The position numbers and the translations under genes were made by a program. Shown in pieces: positions 39,001 through 52,445 of a stretch of DNA of 64,000 bases. Position 1 is the stretch's first letter, and every line of letters starts with the position of its first letter. Source of the DNA: Mobula hypostoma (taxonomy: Eukaryota); the NCBI RefSeq assembly GCF_963921235.1, contig NC_086118.1, positions 22,508,001-22,572,000 of the forward strand, in the 5' to 3' direction. The notes under the pieces were generated by a model. That model made no database searches, had not been told where the DNA came from, and saw nothing but the letters and a program-made list of their open reading frames with translations.

Positions 39001-40914
39001 GAGAATGTAACAAGCAAATGGAAAACCATTTGTGTAGTGTTCTTAGCAGCGTGTAAGTATTTTTGAAAAATGGAATGTACAGTATAATGACATTTTATAT
39101 TTGATAGATTATTTTATCAGGAACTCCTATGCATCTTGGTCTGGATATGGGAATCATAAATATGCATTTTATCTGCTATTTTGTTGAAGCTTTGTTTTTT
39201 CCCCTGATCTCCTTAGTTGACCAAGTACAAGTAAAGGTGATAATGGGAAAAGACTGCACTATGTCATGGTGGGTTATTTTCTGAACATTTCCACTGCCCA
39301 CTGCAGCTTTACCCATCGATAGCTTTGTCCAGCTTATTGTCAGTGATCACAGTCTCGGTACAGAAATATCTGCCTTTCTCAGGTCTAGAAACCCCCTCAA
39401 TATTCTGTATGATGAATACTTATGCACTAATTCTGGCACATTGATCAACATTAAATATAATGTGACTTGCTCCCTCACTATTTCTATGATATATTGCAAT
39501 AAAATGCTAACTTTATCACTCTCCATAAATGTATTCTCCTTCAAACCTGAGCTGCTCTGCTTATCCCAATCCATATATACGTGGAGGTGCCAATAATGTC
39601 ATTCTTCAGTATTCTGTATGTTTGCTGTATTTATGTAGGTTTGTGTCCTGCCACTTCACAGCTTTCTCATTAAGAGGCTTTTGCATGCACTCAGAAGTGG
39701 AAAGCTGGTTTATTTGCACACAAATGAATCCATTCCTTTCTTCTGTTGAAGATTCCTCTTCCTTCCTCTCCTGTGAGGTCTCCATGGCTTATTTATCTTT
39801 CTATTTTTTCCCTTAATGGTCTGACTTCATCCTTAATTACTGAAGATGTTCTGTGTCCTTCAAATCACCAAGGACTTTCTGCACCCTGCAGCATTTTCCC
39901 AACCTTTCCTCAAATTACAAAGTAAATTTTATTATCAAAGTACATACATGTCACTGAATACATCCCTGAGATTCATTTCCCGTAAAAATAATCATGTTAT
40001 CAGATAGTTCCAGGCCTGACCAACCTGCATCCATGTATCAGTAATGACTGCCACATCACGTCCACTAAATGGAAATGGCTTCACTATTCATTGAATTTCT
40101 TCTTTCCCTCAGAGTGTTTATTAAAAAATGTGTTTTTTTAAATCATGGTTTGACCTATTCTCCATTTGTTCACTACACATTCCTTATTTTTCTTGTCCAA
40201 TTTTGATTTCATTTTACCTTTTAGTTTTCCTAATGCCTGCGGCACAATTTCTGCTATAGTGCCTAAAGCACTATTTCTGACAAATTTCATTTGTTTTGAA
40301 TTATTGGTAATAAAATCTTTTCCCTGAGAGCCCTTTCAAGCAATTGCTAGTTTAATGTCTGTGGCCTAGAAATAGCTCAATGCCTCAAAAGTCATGTGAA
40401 ACGTGTAAATGGCAGTGAGCCAATCCATGCTTTGTGCCTGGGACACCTGTAGATCACAAAACATCTGAGGCCCAAGCTATAGCACAATTGAAACGGTGTA
40501 ATATATTTAAGTACACAATACCATCCTTCAGCGCTGAAGCTAACACTTGAAAATAGGATGGTCATCATTGCTTTTGTGGTCAGAGCTGAGAGAATCCAGA
40601 AGTTAAGACAGGAATAATTAGGCTTCAGTCAGGCTGTACATACCAGGACCATGGGTCATCAAATTGCGACAGGGTCACAACAGTTGTTGTTTGACGGTGA
40701 GTTCAAATGGTGAAGGGAGTTGAGCATAAATCTGACTGGGGGTCTTGAGGTGGGGAACCTGAAGGAAATATAGAGCAAGGTGTAATAGCAATTAGTTTTC
40801 GATTACATTCCTTTGTGTAGTAAAAAGGTTGTAATATGTGAAAGAAATTCTAGGCCTTTCTGACTGCCATGTTTCTTTTCTCTCTGCTTCAAATAGATTC
40901 GAGATTTGCTAGCA

Positions 40915-41137
40915 AACAAGAGAAAATCTGCAGACACTGGAAATCTGAACAACACACACAAAATGCTGGAGGAACTCAGCAAGCCAGGCAACATCTATGG
41001 AAAAAAGTACAGTCAAAGTTTCGGGCCGAAACCCTTTGGCAGGACTCAAAGAGGGTTTCAGCCTGAAATGTCGACTGTACTTTTTTCCATAGATGCTGCC
41101 TGGCCTGCTGAGTTCCTCCAGCATTTTATGTGTGTTA
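40915..41137. mobile_element. Inverted pair of Penelope terminal repeats
   Basis: ~40955-41046 is the reverse complement of ~41051-41137 (aacacac..aaaatgctggaggaactcagc...gtacagtc vs gactgtac...gctgagttcctccagcatttt.tgtgtt). Confidence 0.88.
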
Positions 41138-41139
41138 CT

Positions 41140-41975
41140 CAAGGTTTATTAATGCCATACCAGTACACAAGTGTGAAGGAGATGTTACTTTGAATCCAGT
41201 GCAACACAAAATAGACAATAAAATAAAGAACACAACAATAATAATAAAATACATGATAAATATAATTACACAAGATAGCTTATATACATAGACTGATTGA
41301 ATGTCCTAAAAGTGAGGCTGGACCCTGGACTCCTGTACATAAGATGACTGACAAGGAAATTATAAAGTAGTGGTGGTTGGAGGTGTGTGGAGGGGTGAGC
41401 TAGTGGGTGGAGATGTTGATCAGCCTTACTGCTTGGGGAAAGTAATTATTTTTGAGACCTGATGAAGGGTCTTGGCCCAAAATGTCGACTGTTTACTCTT
41501 TTCTATAGATGCTGTCTAGCCTGCAGAGCCCCTCCAGTGCCCTACGTGCATTGCTTTGCATTTCTAGCATCCGCAGGTTTTTTTGCGGTTTGTATTATTG
41601 AGTCTGGTGGTCCTGGTGTGAATGCTATGTCGCCTCCTCCGTGATGGACGTGGGACAGACTGTCAATAAGCAGGATGGGTGGGATCCTTTATGATGTTAT
41701 TCGCCCTTTTTTTGGCACCTTTCTGCATTAACTTTGAACTTTGCTGGCGGGGAGGTTGATGCCAGTGATGCATTGGGCAGTTTTGACTACCCGTTATCGA
41801 GCCTTCCTGTCCATCGCGGTACAGTTTCTGCACCAAGCAATGGTGCAGGTTGTCAGGATGCTCTCTAACGCACATCTGTAGAATGATGTGAGTAAGAATG
41901 TGCAAAGTCCAGCTCACTTCAGCCTCCTCAGTAAGAAGAGGCGTTGATCAGCTTTCCTGAATGTGTAGGATGAAA
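41140..41975 (-). mobile_element. Decayed Rex1/Babar-like 3' fragment
   Basis: Minus-strand peptides RCALESILTTCTIAW and ANNIIKDPTHP. Interrupted at ~41457-41595. Confidence 0.75.
41457..41595 (+). mobile_element. Penelope terminal-repeat fragment beginning at the hammerhead core
   Basis: cCTGATGAagggtcttggcccaaaatGTCgactg...gatgctg. Confidence 0.8.
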
Positions 41976-44182
41976 ATGTTGACAACCCAGGAAATCTCAA
42001 TTCTGCTTGTAAAGAAGACTAGCTCAGTCTCAAATTATTGAATCCTTGTCAGCTATTAGTTTTAGTCCTCAACTCCTCCTCCCTGTTCTGGGCTAGCCCC
42101 TTCAATGGGGAAGCACCTTCATCCTGGTCACTGTAGTGTTTAAAATTCACCTCCCTGGTAACAGTTTTATTGTATTTATTATGTAGGATCAGTTTCTGCA
42201 GATCCTCATAACCTATCTCATTTTCTTTCCCAGAGATCACACAAGCCCCATACGGATTCTCTACTCCTTCAGTATAAAGAACTGATTACATTTTGAAGCA
42301 CGCACCCCGATCCCAAACACAGCAAATTCCACTGCAAAAATTCTCATCATTTGTGGAGATAGAGGAAGGGGAGTGTTAAATATTGTTTTCCAGAGCAGAG
42401 GCGAGTGGGTTTGGAGAAGAGAGGGATTACTTTGGAAGGTACTGGGGACAGAGAAGGGCTGGGCCTAAGGAAGGAGATAGAGTAGCGGGTGCAGGTGAAA
42501 TTTGAAGAGGGTGATGTAGCTGAGAAGGACAAGCTGGCTCACTTCCTAATAAGGAGAGGAATCTTTCAGCTGAGGGAAGCAGTGGGGATAGAGTGAGGAA
42601 AGTGGTGAGAATGTGAGGGATGGAGACATGCAAGTGAACGAAAGATGATAAAGTAGCAGAGATTGAATTATGGTTTGACAAGCTGTAGATATGAAGGCCT
42701 GCGTGATTAAGAAATGGAGAGAGAACAAAAGAAAGGTGAAGTATAATGAGTATATTTTATACATTTTGATAATCTGGGTGTTGTTTGCAAGGACAAAATT
42801 TATTGACCATCTATAAATGATCTTGAGAAGAAGACAGCCTGAATAATAATTTCTACCTTACTTAAGCAATGAAAATCTGCTGGCTGAGGTTCTCAATTCC
42901 TTGCTTTCAGAAATTCCAGAAAATACTTCCAATAAATGTAGGTAGGTAGCCTTTGAATTCAAGTTTGCCTTGGCAACAGATGTAGTTCGGAAATGAATTG
43001 GTCAGAGCAAACCATTGGACTACATTTGCCAGAGCTGCCATTTTGGCATACTTTGTGTCATGAGATAACTTGGTACTGCCAAGGAGGAATGTGCTGCTGG
43101 AAACCATATTTGGTACTATGCTATCAATACACAGGCAAATACATGGAAATAACCTTATATATTTGGTGAATATCTACGTCAACAAACAACTCTTTCCCAA
43201 ACACGATGTTGAAAGAATCTGCTTTCACTTACTGACACCCGATTCCATTTCATCCAGCTTAAATCAAAGGAACTTTTCAAAAAAGTAGCAACCACTTGTG
43301 CTTTCCCTGTTTTCCATTCATTTCTCAGTCCTGTACCATGGCTGCCTCTGTAACAATACTCCTGCCAAGGCAAACTCCAGGGGTTCCCAGATGGCTGCTT
43401 TTGGCTCTTTTACCAATCGAGATATGCCATAATGGAAAATATTCATTGGCATAGAAGCTTCAAATATACACAGAATACTGTTACATAACATCCAGGCATC
43501 TGGCAGACATATGTTACATTAAGAACATAACAATTTTAATTCAAAATATCCAGATAAAAGTCCTGTCTCAAACTAGCCAAGAAAAGCATCATGTACAGGT
43601 TTTAACAGCCTGCCTCTTCTTGCCTTTGAGACCAACTAATACTGAGACTTCCTTCAAGATTCCCATGTTCAAGAGCAGCAAGTATTATCCCACTGTTCAT
43701 CTTTTTATTCCTAGTTAGGGGTGAGAGCATATTTGTGTGCTGAACCATGGGTCCTAGAATGCTTTTTTGTTGGTGCACTTCAGTATAATTACTCCCAGAC
43801 ATTCTTGGGAGAAACTTCTATATAATCCTCAAAAATGGTGCCAATAGACATCGTAAATTCACACTTCCTATTTGAGGAAGGTCTTTCAAGAATGTAATTA
43901 ACTGACCATAACATATATAGTTAAAAGCCATAAATACACAGGGAAAATTCTATGACATTTAGACTTATTCATGTATACCATTTCCAGTCAACCTATTATT
44001 ATAGGAACTGAAATGAGGAATGTGTTAAATAAATTATTTTAAAGCACGGACATATTGGTCTGCATTCCTTTTAAATGCACTTGAAAATTGCAGAACGTAA
44101 GTTTGAGTGGCCCCTAATGGCCATCCTTTTGCAAACTTAATGTCTAATGTCAAAGTAAACTTTGGTAATATTTATCGGTTTT

Positions 44183-44720
44183 TGATTCAAAGATTCAAAG
44201 AACTCCTGTTACCAAAGTATGTATGCAGTATACAGTGCTGAGATTCATCTTCCCACCGGCAGCCACAAAACAGGAAAAACCATGGAACCCGTTCAAAGAA
44301 AAACATTAAACCCCTCCCCGCGCACAAAAAAATAGCAAGTCTCACAGAATATAAAACTCAAATTGAAAGAGTCTAGGCATATTTCATGTCAGTTCAGTGT
44401 TCGTTATCTGCTGGCTGCTCTGATTCAAAATCACCCAAAATAGCAACAAAATAAGGGGCAACCAAAAACTAGAAACACATCGTACGTAAAATACAGAGTC
44501 CGATCCACAAACCGCTTCGATTATACCTTGCTCTGGCACCATCCTCCGACAGTGTCGAGGGACAGAGAGAGGTTATTTGAATGTTAGTATCTTCTCTTGG
44601 GAGCAGCGAGTGAGAGGGAGAGAGAGACCATCACAGGAAGACACATTCCTCTGGCAGCAGTGAGTGAGACGTCGGTAGACGGCACTGACCACTCTTTGGC
44701 CTTCCACACTTGCCTTGAAG
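44183..44720 (-). mobile_element. Non-coding retroposon with a Rex-like 3' end
   Basis: (gattcaaa)n tail and caaagtatgtatg...tgagattcat, resembling the ends at ~39920 and ~61135. Confidence 0.55.
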
Positions 44721-45784
44721 ATCTCTCCATAGTGAGGGGGGAGTTTGGTCTGGCCACTTTCATCTGGCTCTTAGTTGCCAAGCACCATATTTAGATAACA
44801 ACAATGCTGTGCTGAGTCTGCCTTTGTACCAAAAAATACATGCCCTCCCATTAGAACACATTCTTTCAATTAAATTATTTATAATTCAAGTTGGTTAGCT
44901 GAGAATTTTAGTATTTCATATAATTGATGGTGTATTGGAAAAATTATCAGGATAAATTTACAATCAAGTTACTATTCTGCCCATCCCCCAGAGACAACCG
45001 ATACATCAGTGATAACACACGAACATTACAATTAACCAAGTGAGGAGAAAGTGGTCTGAGGTCTCATCTGTTAGCGATCACTGTTTCTACAGCTGGAAGA
45101 TCTAGTGGGAAGCCTATAAGTTATTAGAACATTTTTCATTCATACCCAATAAGTTTCAAGTAAGTTAGCTCGGTGATTGGACAAATTACTGTGAAAGAAA
45201 AAGCACTTATAACATAACCCACAGAAAGAAAGTTCTGTCTCCTGCATCATGTTTTCATTTACAGTCTGTCAGGATAACAAATCAGAGCTTAACGAATGAT
45301 CCTCTTTAAGAATTCCTTTGTAACGGCACTCAAATATTGCTACATAATTCTTTTGAAAGGTGTGTACACTGACATTGTCAGAATATGCTCTGATCTTATG
45401 GATTAACTGTGAATATGCTCTGATCTTATGAAATATCACTTGCATTAAAGCCACATGCTATTCCTTCAGTGATGTAGGTTGAAAGTTATAGTAACAATGA
45501 TAGCTTGTAGTTGAAGAGGTGAAGATTTTTATTATTTAATCTTTCCAAACCCACCTTTCCGTTGGTTAAAACCCATGTCTCGCTCAAAGGAATGTACACC
45601 TGATGATACATGTATTTTTTGTCAGCCAATACAAAAACTGTTCTGTCAAAATAATTGTGATCTCAAATGATAAATGTTAACACTTGAATTTGCAGATTTG
45701 GCTGTCTTCTGGGCTGGCATTGATACATGGAGTCTAACTCCCACATGGTATAAAGCAGGTTATTTCCCAGGTCTAAGCTATAAT

Positions 45785-46475
45785 GGAGGGAGGGAGGAGA
45801 AGATGGTGGCGTGACGCAGCTTACAGCGGCCACTCCGGTGAATGATATCCGTAATCTGTCAAGTAGGGTGCTGTGCACAATCCTGATCTGATGGAGACAG
45901 ACGTGAGAGCACGGAGGAACATCTGGAGAAACTTCTGAAATGCCTGTTTCACTGCCGCTGCTACTGTGTGATCCAGAATCTCTGGAGGGGAAGGCCCCGA
46001 GTCCTCGGCTTTGCTTGTGGCTCGGAGACCAGGGCGGGGTCGAAGGGCTCGGCAGAGATGGTGCTCGGTGCTCAGTGTCGGAGGGCTGGTCGGAGGCTCA
46101 AAGTTTTTGGACGGACTCAGAGTCGGCTGCGGTCGGGTGTTTCCAATGCATCGGCAAGTTTGCGGCGCTTGGAGGTTCATGGCAGGGAGAGTTTCTCCCT
46201 TCTACTGTCTGTGTGAGATGATGAGGCTTATCGGGACTTTGAGACTTTTTTTACCATGCCCATGGTCTGCTCTTCATCAAATTACGGTATTGCTTTGCAC
46301 TGTTGTAACTATATGTTATAATTATGTGATTTTGTCAATTTTAATCTTGGTTTGTCCTGTGTTTCTGTGATATCTTTCTGGAGGAATATTGTATCATTTT
46401 TTATTGCATGCATTTCTAAATGACAATAAACGAGGACTGAGTGTCCTCATAATCTAATCTAATCTAATAATCTAA
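45785..46475 (+). mobile_element. Non-coding ~690-bp retroposon, copy 2 of the family at 7500-8170
   Basis: ggaggagaagatggtggcg...aaatgacaataaacgaggactgagtgtcctcat(aatct)n. Confidence 0.8.
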
Positions 46476-46706
46476 TTGTGGTTCCAGCCCATTCAATAGC
46501 AGGAGCTTCATTTGGCTTTGAAGTGCCTAAGATATCAGTGGAGAAAATGGTTGTGGTTCAGTTTGAATCAGATTAAATTGGGTTCACCTCATGGTTCATA
46601 AAGCAATCCCCATATTATTCCAGCATCCATGCTAATGTTTTGCAATCGGGCAGCTCGCAGTGATATTTCTACTGCAGTGCTGAGTGATGGGATTGTTTGC
46701 CAGTGG

Positions 46707-46709
<3 letters not shown>

Positions 46710-46746
<37 letters not shown>
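46710..46746. repeat. (CT)n microsatellite, probably the tail of the adjacent minus-strand retroposon
   Basis: Visible directly in the sequence. Confidence 0.95.
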
Positions 46747-46749
<3 letters not shown>

Positions 46750-47215
46750 GCTATCCATCCCATAGGATGATGATGGTTCCTTTCAGTCAGTTATTGGGGT
46801 TGACCCCACTCCTCAGAAAGGAACAGTGTGCGTGAGTGGATTTTAGGTGAGTAGGGGGTTGCACAGGTCCAGACCCACCCTCTCGACATCCCCTCCCGGA
46901 TCCAGTGGCGTGGTGGGGTCCAAGACGGCTGGGAGAAGTTATTTTGCAGTGAATGGCCAGACCAAGCTTCTATGCAGGGGATGCCCTTTCCGTGCTTGAT
47001 GGCACGTGTTTGCTAGATGGCCGTTGACCCTACAAGAGGGTTCATCCGCCCTTTGACACGTCTTGTTTTTCATCCTGCAGGGTGTCTAGCCACCCTCCTC
47101 ACCAGGCAAGCCTGGTGGGGGAGCTGGTTTAGTCGCCAACCACCCGACCATGTGACAGATGGTACTGGGTTACATGGTACCAGTAGCACTCAGACGAGTG
47201 ACCTGACCTGGTCAG
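46747..47215 (-). mobile_element. Probable RTE-related non-autonomous retroposon
   Basis: GC-rich block ending at the (CT)n tract. Minus-strand ggcgactaaaccagctccccc resembles RTE 5' UTRs. Family uncertain. Confidence 0.4.
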
Positions 47216-47435
47216 TGGTAAGCAGACCTTAAGCAGCAGGACCTCCAAATGGTCTGACAGCAAGTAGAAGATAATCATGCCATAAGAAGGAATTTTCACA
47301 GTTCAAAAATTCTCTGAAAATCAGAGAAATATAGAAAGTTAGAAAACATAAAATTACAAATTATTTGGTAAAAATATAAAATATAATACCTTATTTAAAA
47401 ACCATATTGACTACTGTTAATAATTAAGCTGTAAA

Positions 47436-50400
47436 ACCATAAAACATAGGAGCAGAATTAGGCCATTTGGCCCATCAAATCTGCTCCACCATTCAATCAC
47501 GGCTGATCCTTTTTTTCTGTACTCAGCCCCACTCCTCAGCATTTTCCCTGTAGCCTTTGATTATGTATCCACTCAAGAACCTATGAATCTCTGCCTTAAG
47601 TACACGCAATGACCTGGTCTCCACACTCCACAGCTGCCTGTGGTACTAAATTGCACAAATTTACCACATTCTAGCTAAAGAAATTTCTCTGCATCTCTGT
47701 TTTAAGTGGATGCCCCTGTAACCTGAGGCTGTGCCCTTTTGTCCTAGACTCCCCCACCATGCAAAACATCCTTTCCACATCTACTCTGTCCAGGCATTTC
47801 AACATTCCAAAGTTTTCAATCAGATCCCCCTTCTTCCTTCTGATGATCCAGAGTTATCAAACTTTCTTCGTCTGATAAACTTTTCATTTCCGGAATTATT
47901 TTTGGGAACCTACTCTAAACCCTCTCCAATGACAGCACATCTTTCCTTAGATGTGGAGCTCAAAGTTATTCACAATATTCAAGGTGGGGCCCCACCAGTG
48001 CCTTATAAAGCCTCAGCATCACATTCCTGCTTTTGTATTCTAGACCTCTTGTAAAGAATGCGAACATTGCATTTGCCTTCCTCACCACCGACTCTACCTG
48101 CAAGTTGACCTTTAGGTGTTCTGCACAAGGACTCCCAAGTCCCTTTGCATCTCAGAGTTTTGAAATTTCACCCCATTTAAAAAATATAAGTATTCTGCAC
48201 ATTTATTTCTACTACCAAAGTTCATGACCATGCATTTTCCAACATTGTATTTCATTTGCCACTCTCTCGCCCATTTTCCTACTCTGTCTCATCTGTTTCC
48301 TCAGCACCACCTGCTCCTCCACCAATCTTTGTATCATCTGCAAACTTGGCAATCTATTCCATCATCTAAATCATTGATACATAGCATAAAAAGAAGCGGT
48401 TCCAACACCGGCCCCTGCAGACCACTAGTCACTGGCAGCCAACCAGAAAAGGATACGTTTATTCCCATTCGCTGCCTCCTACCAACCAGACATTGTGTTA
48501 ACCATGCCAGTAATTTCCTATGAAACTATGGGGTCTTAACTTGGTAAGCATCCTCTTGTGTGGCACTTTGCCAAAGACCTTCTAAAAGTCCAAATATACA
48601 ACATCCACCGCATCCTCTTTATCTATCCTACCTGTAATCTCCTCAATGAATTCCAACAGGTTCGTCAGGAAAGATTTTCCCTTAAGGAAAGCATGCTGAC
48701 TCTGTCCTATCTTGTCCTGCGTCACCAAGTACTCCATAACCTCATCCTTAACAAATGACTTCAACATCTTCCCAACCACTGAGGTCATGCTAGCTAGTCT
48801 ATAATTTCCTTTCTGTTGCCTTCCTCCTTTCTTAAAGACTGGAGTGACATTTGCAATATTCTAGTTCTCCGGCACCATGCCAGAGACCAATGATTATGAA
48901 AGATCATTTCTAATGCCTCCTCAGTCTCTACCGCTACCCTTCAGAATCCTAGGGTGCAGCTCATCTGATCCGGGTGACTTATGTACCCTTAGTTCTTTCA
49001 GTTTTTTGAGCATCTTCTCCCTTGTAATAGTAACTGCAATCACTTCTCTCCCTCACACACTACAACATCAGGCATACTGCTAGTGTCTTCCACAGTGAAG
49101 ACTGATGCAAAATAATCATTTAGTTCACCTGCCATTTCCTGGTCGCCCATTATTATTTCCCCGGCCTCAATTTCCAGTGGCCCGATATCCGCTCTCACCT
49201 CTCTTTTATTTTTTACATACTTGAAAAAGCTTTCACTTTCCACTTCAATATTGTTTGCTAGCTTGCTCTTACATTTCATCTTTTCCCTTCTAATGATTAT
49301 TTTAGTTACTCTCTGTAGGTTTTTAAAACCTTCCCAATCTTCTATCTTCCCGTTAATGTTTGTTTTGTTGTATGCCCTCTCTTTTGCTTTTATATTAGCT
49401 TTGACTTCCTTTGTCAGTCATGTTTGTACTATGTTGCCATTTGAGTATTTCTTCATTTTAGGAATACATCCATCCTGTACCTTCCTCATTTTTCCCAGAA
49501 ACACACACCATTGCTGCTCTGCCGTCATCCTTGCCAGCCTCTCCTTCCAATTTACTTTGGCCAACTCGTCTCTCATACCTCTGTAATTTCCTTTACTCCA
49601 CTGAAATTCTGCTACATCAGACTTCACTTTCTCCCTATCAAATTTCAAGTTGAACTCAGTCATATTGTGCTCACTGTCTCCTAAGGGCTCTTTTGCCTTA
49701 AGCTCACTAATCGCCTCTGGTTCATTACATAACATCCAATCGAGTATAGCTAATCCTCTAGACGGCTCAGTGACAAACTGCTCTAAAAAGCCATCTCATA
49801 GGCATTCAGAAACTCACCCTGTTGAGATCCGTTACCAACCTGATTTTCCCAATTGACCTGCCTGTTGAAATCTCCCATGACTATCATAACATTGCCCTTT
49901 TGACACAGCTTTTCTATTTCCTCTTGAAATCTGTGGCCCACATCCCAGCTACTGTTGGGAGGCCTATATATAACTGCCATCAGGGTCCTTTTACCCTTGC
50001 AGTTTCTTAACTCAACCTACAAGGATTCAACATCTTCTGATCTCATGTCATATCTTTCTACTGATTTGATGCCATTCTTTACCAGCAGAGCCATGTCACC
50101 CCTTCTGCTTACCTTCCTATCCCTCCATAATAATGTGTAACCCTGGACGTTCAGCTCCCACCTACAACCATCCTTCAGCCACGATTCAGTGGTGGTCACA
50201 ACATCATACCTGGCAATCTGTAATCGTGCAACAAGATCATCCACTTTATTTCTTATACTCCACACATTTAGATACAACCCCTTGAGTACGATATTCACTA
50301 TCCTTTCCGATTCTGTATCCCGAATGTTTTGATATTCACCCTGCTGGCTGCAATTTTGTCCTATCATCAGCCTGCCCTTCCTGACAGTCTGATTGCACAC

Positions 50401-51290
50401 CATCTTTGAGTTTTTACCATCCGTCCTATTGTGAGTTCATTCACTCCGGTTCCCAACCCCCTGCCAAACTAGTTTAAACTCTCCCCAACAGTTCTAACTA
50501 ACCTGCCCGCAAGGACAATGGTCCCCTGTGGGTTCGGGTGCAACCCGTACCTTTTGTACAGATCATACCTCCCTCAGAAGAGATCCCGGTGATCCAAGAA
50601 CCTGAAACCCTGCTGCAGCACCAGCTTCTCAGCCACGCATTTATCTGCTGAATCATTCTGCTTCTCCCCTCACTGGCACGTGGCACAGGTAGCAATCCAG
50701 AGATTACTACCCTGGAGGTCCTGCTTCTCAGCTTTCTACCTAGCTCTCTGAATTCTCTCTTCAAGACCTTTTTGCTTTTCCTTCCTATATCATTGATACC
50801 AATGCATAGCAAGTCACCTGGCTGCTCTCCCTGCCCCTTCAAAATACTGCGGACATGCTTCAAGACAATCCTGATTCTGGCACATGGGAGGTAACGTACG
50901 ATTCATGTGTCCAGTTCATGTGCACAGAATCTCCTCTCTGTTCCTCTGACTATCGAGTTCCCTATCACTACCAGTCCCCTCTTCTCCATCTTTCCCTTCT
51001 GCCCCATGGACCCATGGCACTCCCCTGGGAGGTCATCCCCCACAACAGTATCCAAAGTGGTATACTTATTATTGAGGGGAATGGCCACAGGGGTGCTCTG
51101 CACTAACTGCCTACTCACATTTCCCCTGACAGTCACATAGCTACTTGCCTCTTGCAACTTAGGGGTGATTACTTACCTGTAATTCTGATCGATTATCTCT
51201 TCACTCTTCCTTGCAGGCTGACGGTCATCTAGCTGCAGCTCCTGATCCCTAACACAGTCTTCAAGAAGCTGCAGCTGCAGATGTAGTTCC
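47436..51290 (-). mobile_element. Near-full-span decayed CR1 with ORF1 (SGNH esterase) and an internally deleted ORF2
   Basis: ORF1: VVIGNSIVRGTERRFC and IGINDIGRK...VVISGLLPVPRAS. ORF2: LYLNVWSIRNK, IYRPPNS, MGDFN, FLTNLLEFIEE, VVYLDF. Tail at ~47440. Confidence 0.93.
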
Positions 51291-51324
51291 CTGGGAGAAC
51301 TGTGAAAGGATAGTTTCATCTATG

Positions 51325-51830
51325 AAAGGATGTGCTGGCATTGGAGAGGGCCCAGAGAAGGTTCATCAGAATGATCTTGGGAATGAAAGGGTTAACATAT
51401 GAGGAGTTTTTGATGGCTATGGGCCTGTACTCACTGGAGTTTAGAAGAATGAGTAGCGATCTCACTGAATCCTATCGAATGTTGAAGGGCCTGGATGGAG
51501 TAGATGTGGAGAGGATGTTTCCTATAGTGGGTGAGTCTAGAACCAGAGGGGACAGCCTCAGAATAGAGAGATGTCCACCTAGAACACAGATGAGGGAAAA
51601 TTTCTTTAGCCAGAGGCAGCCAAGCCGTGGAATTCATTGCCACAGGTGGCTGTGGAAGTGAAGTCATTGGGTATATTTAAAGCAGAGGTTGATAGGTTCT
51701 AGGTTAGTCAGGGTGTCAAAGGTTACAGGGAGAAGGTAGAAAAATGGGGTTGGGGGATAATAAATCAGCCATGATAGAATGGCAGAGCCAACTCGATAGG
51801 CCAAGTGACCTAATTCTGCTCCCAAATCTT
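51325..51830 (+). mobile_element. CR1 3' end
   Basis: Peptide LERAQRRFIRMILGMKGL...GLYSLEFRRM. Confidence 0.9.
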
Positions 51831-52035
51831 TGTTGCTGTTGTTCCTTTACACATCTTATGGTGCATCGGGTGGTTAACGATGTTTCTTTAGCATTTGTCT
51901 GTTTTTCACAAGGCTGAGTTGCTGGCTCAACTCTAGACAGGTGGAAAGCGTTCAAGGAGTCAGCCAGATTAGAATCCAGGATTACTCGCCTTGATTTCTG
52001 GTACAGTTGCCAGTGCACCACCGGTCGGCTCCTAT
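51830..52035 (-). mobile_element. Probable short tRNA-head SINE
   Basis: Minus-strand head gaccggtggtgcactggca...ggattcta with a (caa)n-like tail. Family not resolved. Confidence 0.45.
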
Positions 52036-52149
52036 ATCTTTGGTTAAATTGCGGATGGACTGAGCCGAATAAGCACATAAAGCACTGTACCCACCATGTA
52101 GAGTCGGTGGACACTCAGTTACTGAAGACCGAAGTATCTGAGCCAAGAG

Positions 52150-52445
52150 GTTCTACAGACCAAGGCCACTACCATCCAGGAAATGGTACCACAGCATTAA
52201 AGCCAGGACCAACAGGCTCCAGGACAGCTTCTTCCACCAGGTCATCAGTCTGATTAATTTACACTGACACAATTGTATTTCAAGCTATATTGACTGTTCT
52301 GTTGTACATCTTACTGTACGTACTATTTATTACAAATTACTACAATTGCACATTGTACATTCAGACGGAGACCTAACGTAAAGAGTTTTACTCCTCACGT
52401 ATGTGAAGGATGTAAGAAATAAAGTGATTTCAATTCAATTCAATA
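52150..52445 (+). mobile_element. Rex1/Babar 3' end
   Basis: Peptide RTNRLQDSFFHQVI, then aataaa and a (ttcaa)n tail. Confidence 0.75.

Noticed and set aside
42350..42760. Purine-rich tract, and pyrimidine-rich tracts at ~54440-54530 and ~59460-59700
   Set aside because: Low-complexity sequence with no definable unit or element boundaries.
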